This document shows positions 23,901-25,016 of a DNA stretch of 25,016 nucleotides, piece by piece. The translations under genes and the position numbers were made by a program. Each line of letters opens with the position of its first letter. Positions within the stretch are counted from its first letter, which is position 1. Source of the DNA: Ginkgo biloba (taxonomy: Eukaryota > Plantae > Ginkgophyta). The stretch lies in NCBI GenBank assembly GCA_024626585.2, contig JANKJI020000004.1:102321702-102346717 (forward strand). Reading direction: 5' to 3'. The notes beneath the pieces are model-generated. The model was not told the origin of the DNA. It was given only the letters and a program-made list of their open reading frames with translations, and did not search any database.

Positions 23901-24739
23901 TTACGTGACACTTTCCTTTTACAAAATAGGAACAAGACTTATGAGATTATAAAGTCCATTAATTTTTAAAATTGATACCTCCTACTTGTACCTAAACCAT
24001 TTTATCACTTTTTAATAAGATAATATTGACCTTTTAAAAACAAGTTCTCATTAGTGGGCCTATGAACTCGATTCCTTTATAAACCCTAATTTTTTATTGA
24101 ATTTTTATATATGGTGTATATAAATTTATATTCTATGTATTCACCAACTACCATTAATTAATATTTTCTCAAAGTATCTAACTATGTATCCCTTTGACTC
24201 TTTTCATTTGTTGCATCTTTTAATTTTGTCATTCTTCATCTAGTATCTATGTTTGCTCAACTTCTTCCCAAGACCCATACACACAAAAAATAATCACATT
24301 TCCTTTCTCCCATTTTATCCTCCAACAACGATATTCTTATCACTTTCATGATATATGATTTCCCATTTGGATGAGAGTTAGTTCTACCATTGTTTACCAT
24401 TCAGATAAGGTAATGTGTCTCTTTCACTCTGTCTACAATCTCCATTGAGGTTTGTTTTCTATTCTCGATACTAATTTTCTTATCTCTCCTTCATCATTAT
24501 ATTCTCTATACACTACTAATAGCCAACATTAAGAGTAGGAATAACACTAAAATATTTAATAGACATGAAAATATTCATTTTAAGAGGAATAGAATTAGAA
24601 GTGATTTGTATATAACCACTAAGATCTAGATAGGAGAGATAAATAATAGTATAAGGGCATCCATGATACACTGCACTATAATATTATAACTTGTAATCTA
24701 TAACTAAATATTTTTCTAGCAGAAAAGAGTACTCATTTA

Positions 24740-24990
24740 AAATAGAAATACATATCTCCTTAAAATTAAGAAATACATAAAGATCTCTAATATAGATGCT
24801 CCACTGGCGACTAAATCCTCAACAATAAAATTCATAGGATATTTTTTGTTATCATGAATCATATCCCATTGACTCACAAATAATGTTATGATAAACACCA
24901 TAAGCTCAACTTAATATACCTGCATAACCTTATGGACTAATTTCATAACCAAAGAAATAAATCTTCCTTAGTCATTTTTTTTATATAGTT
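24740..24990 (-). pseudogene. Decayed coding remnant: Gypsy protease-like, overlapping a PRTase-like motif (ambiguous)
   Basis: AYGVYHNII plus KKYPMNFIVED resembles Gypsy protease G++.N+.+ / FP+DF+V+D. The same frame continues LVASGASILE. Confidence 0.3.
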
Positions 24991-25016
24991 TATTCTTATA
25001 ATATTTTTACTATAAT

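Overview
Very AT-rich, gap-riddled eukaryotic DNA with no intact protein-coding gene, RNA gene or CRISPR array. It reads as a retrotransposon graveyard from a large plant genome; the element peptides look gymnosperm-like (inference). Recognisable pieces are several decayed Ty3/Gypsy gag, protease, RT and integrase remnants on both strands, a Copia-like LTR with a tRNA-Met PBS, and a clear Gypsy RT pseudogene (18720-19745, YLDD intact). The best-structured object is a complete but ancient 3.1-kb LTR element (12541-15651). It has paired LTRs (about 79% identical by hand alignment), a near-perfect 5-bp TSD, a tRNA-Asp-type PBS, a PPT and a decayed gag, but no visible pol. Also present are up to four decayed copies of an uncharacterised retroelement accessory ORF (two are an adjacent diverged duplication), a 75/63-bp tandem repeat, and a GC-richer LTR-like block with a hairpin cluster. 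Ten gaps are exactly 100 N, so adjacency across them is not reliable. Peptide calls come from manual translation through stops and frameshifts and need HMM confirmation.
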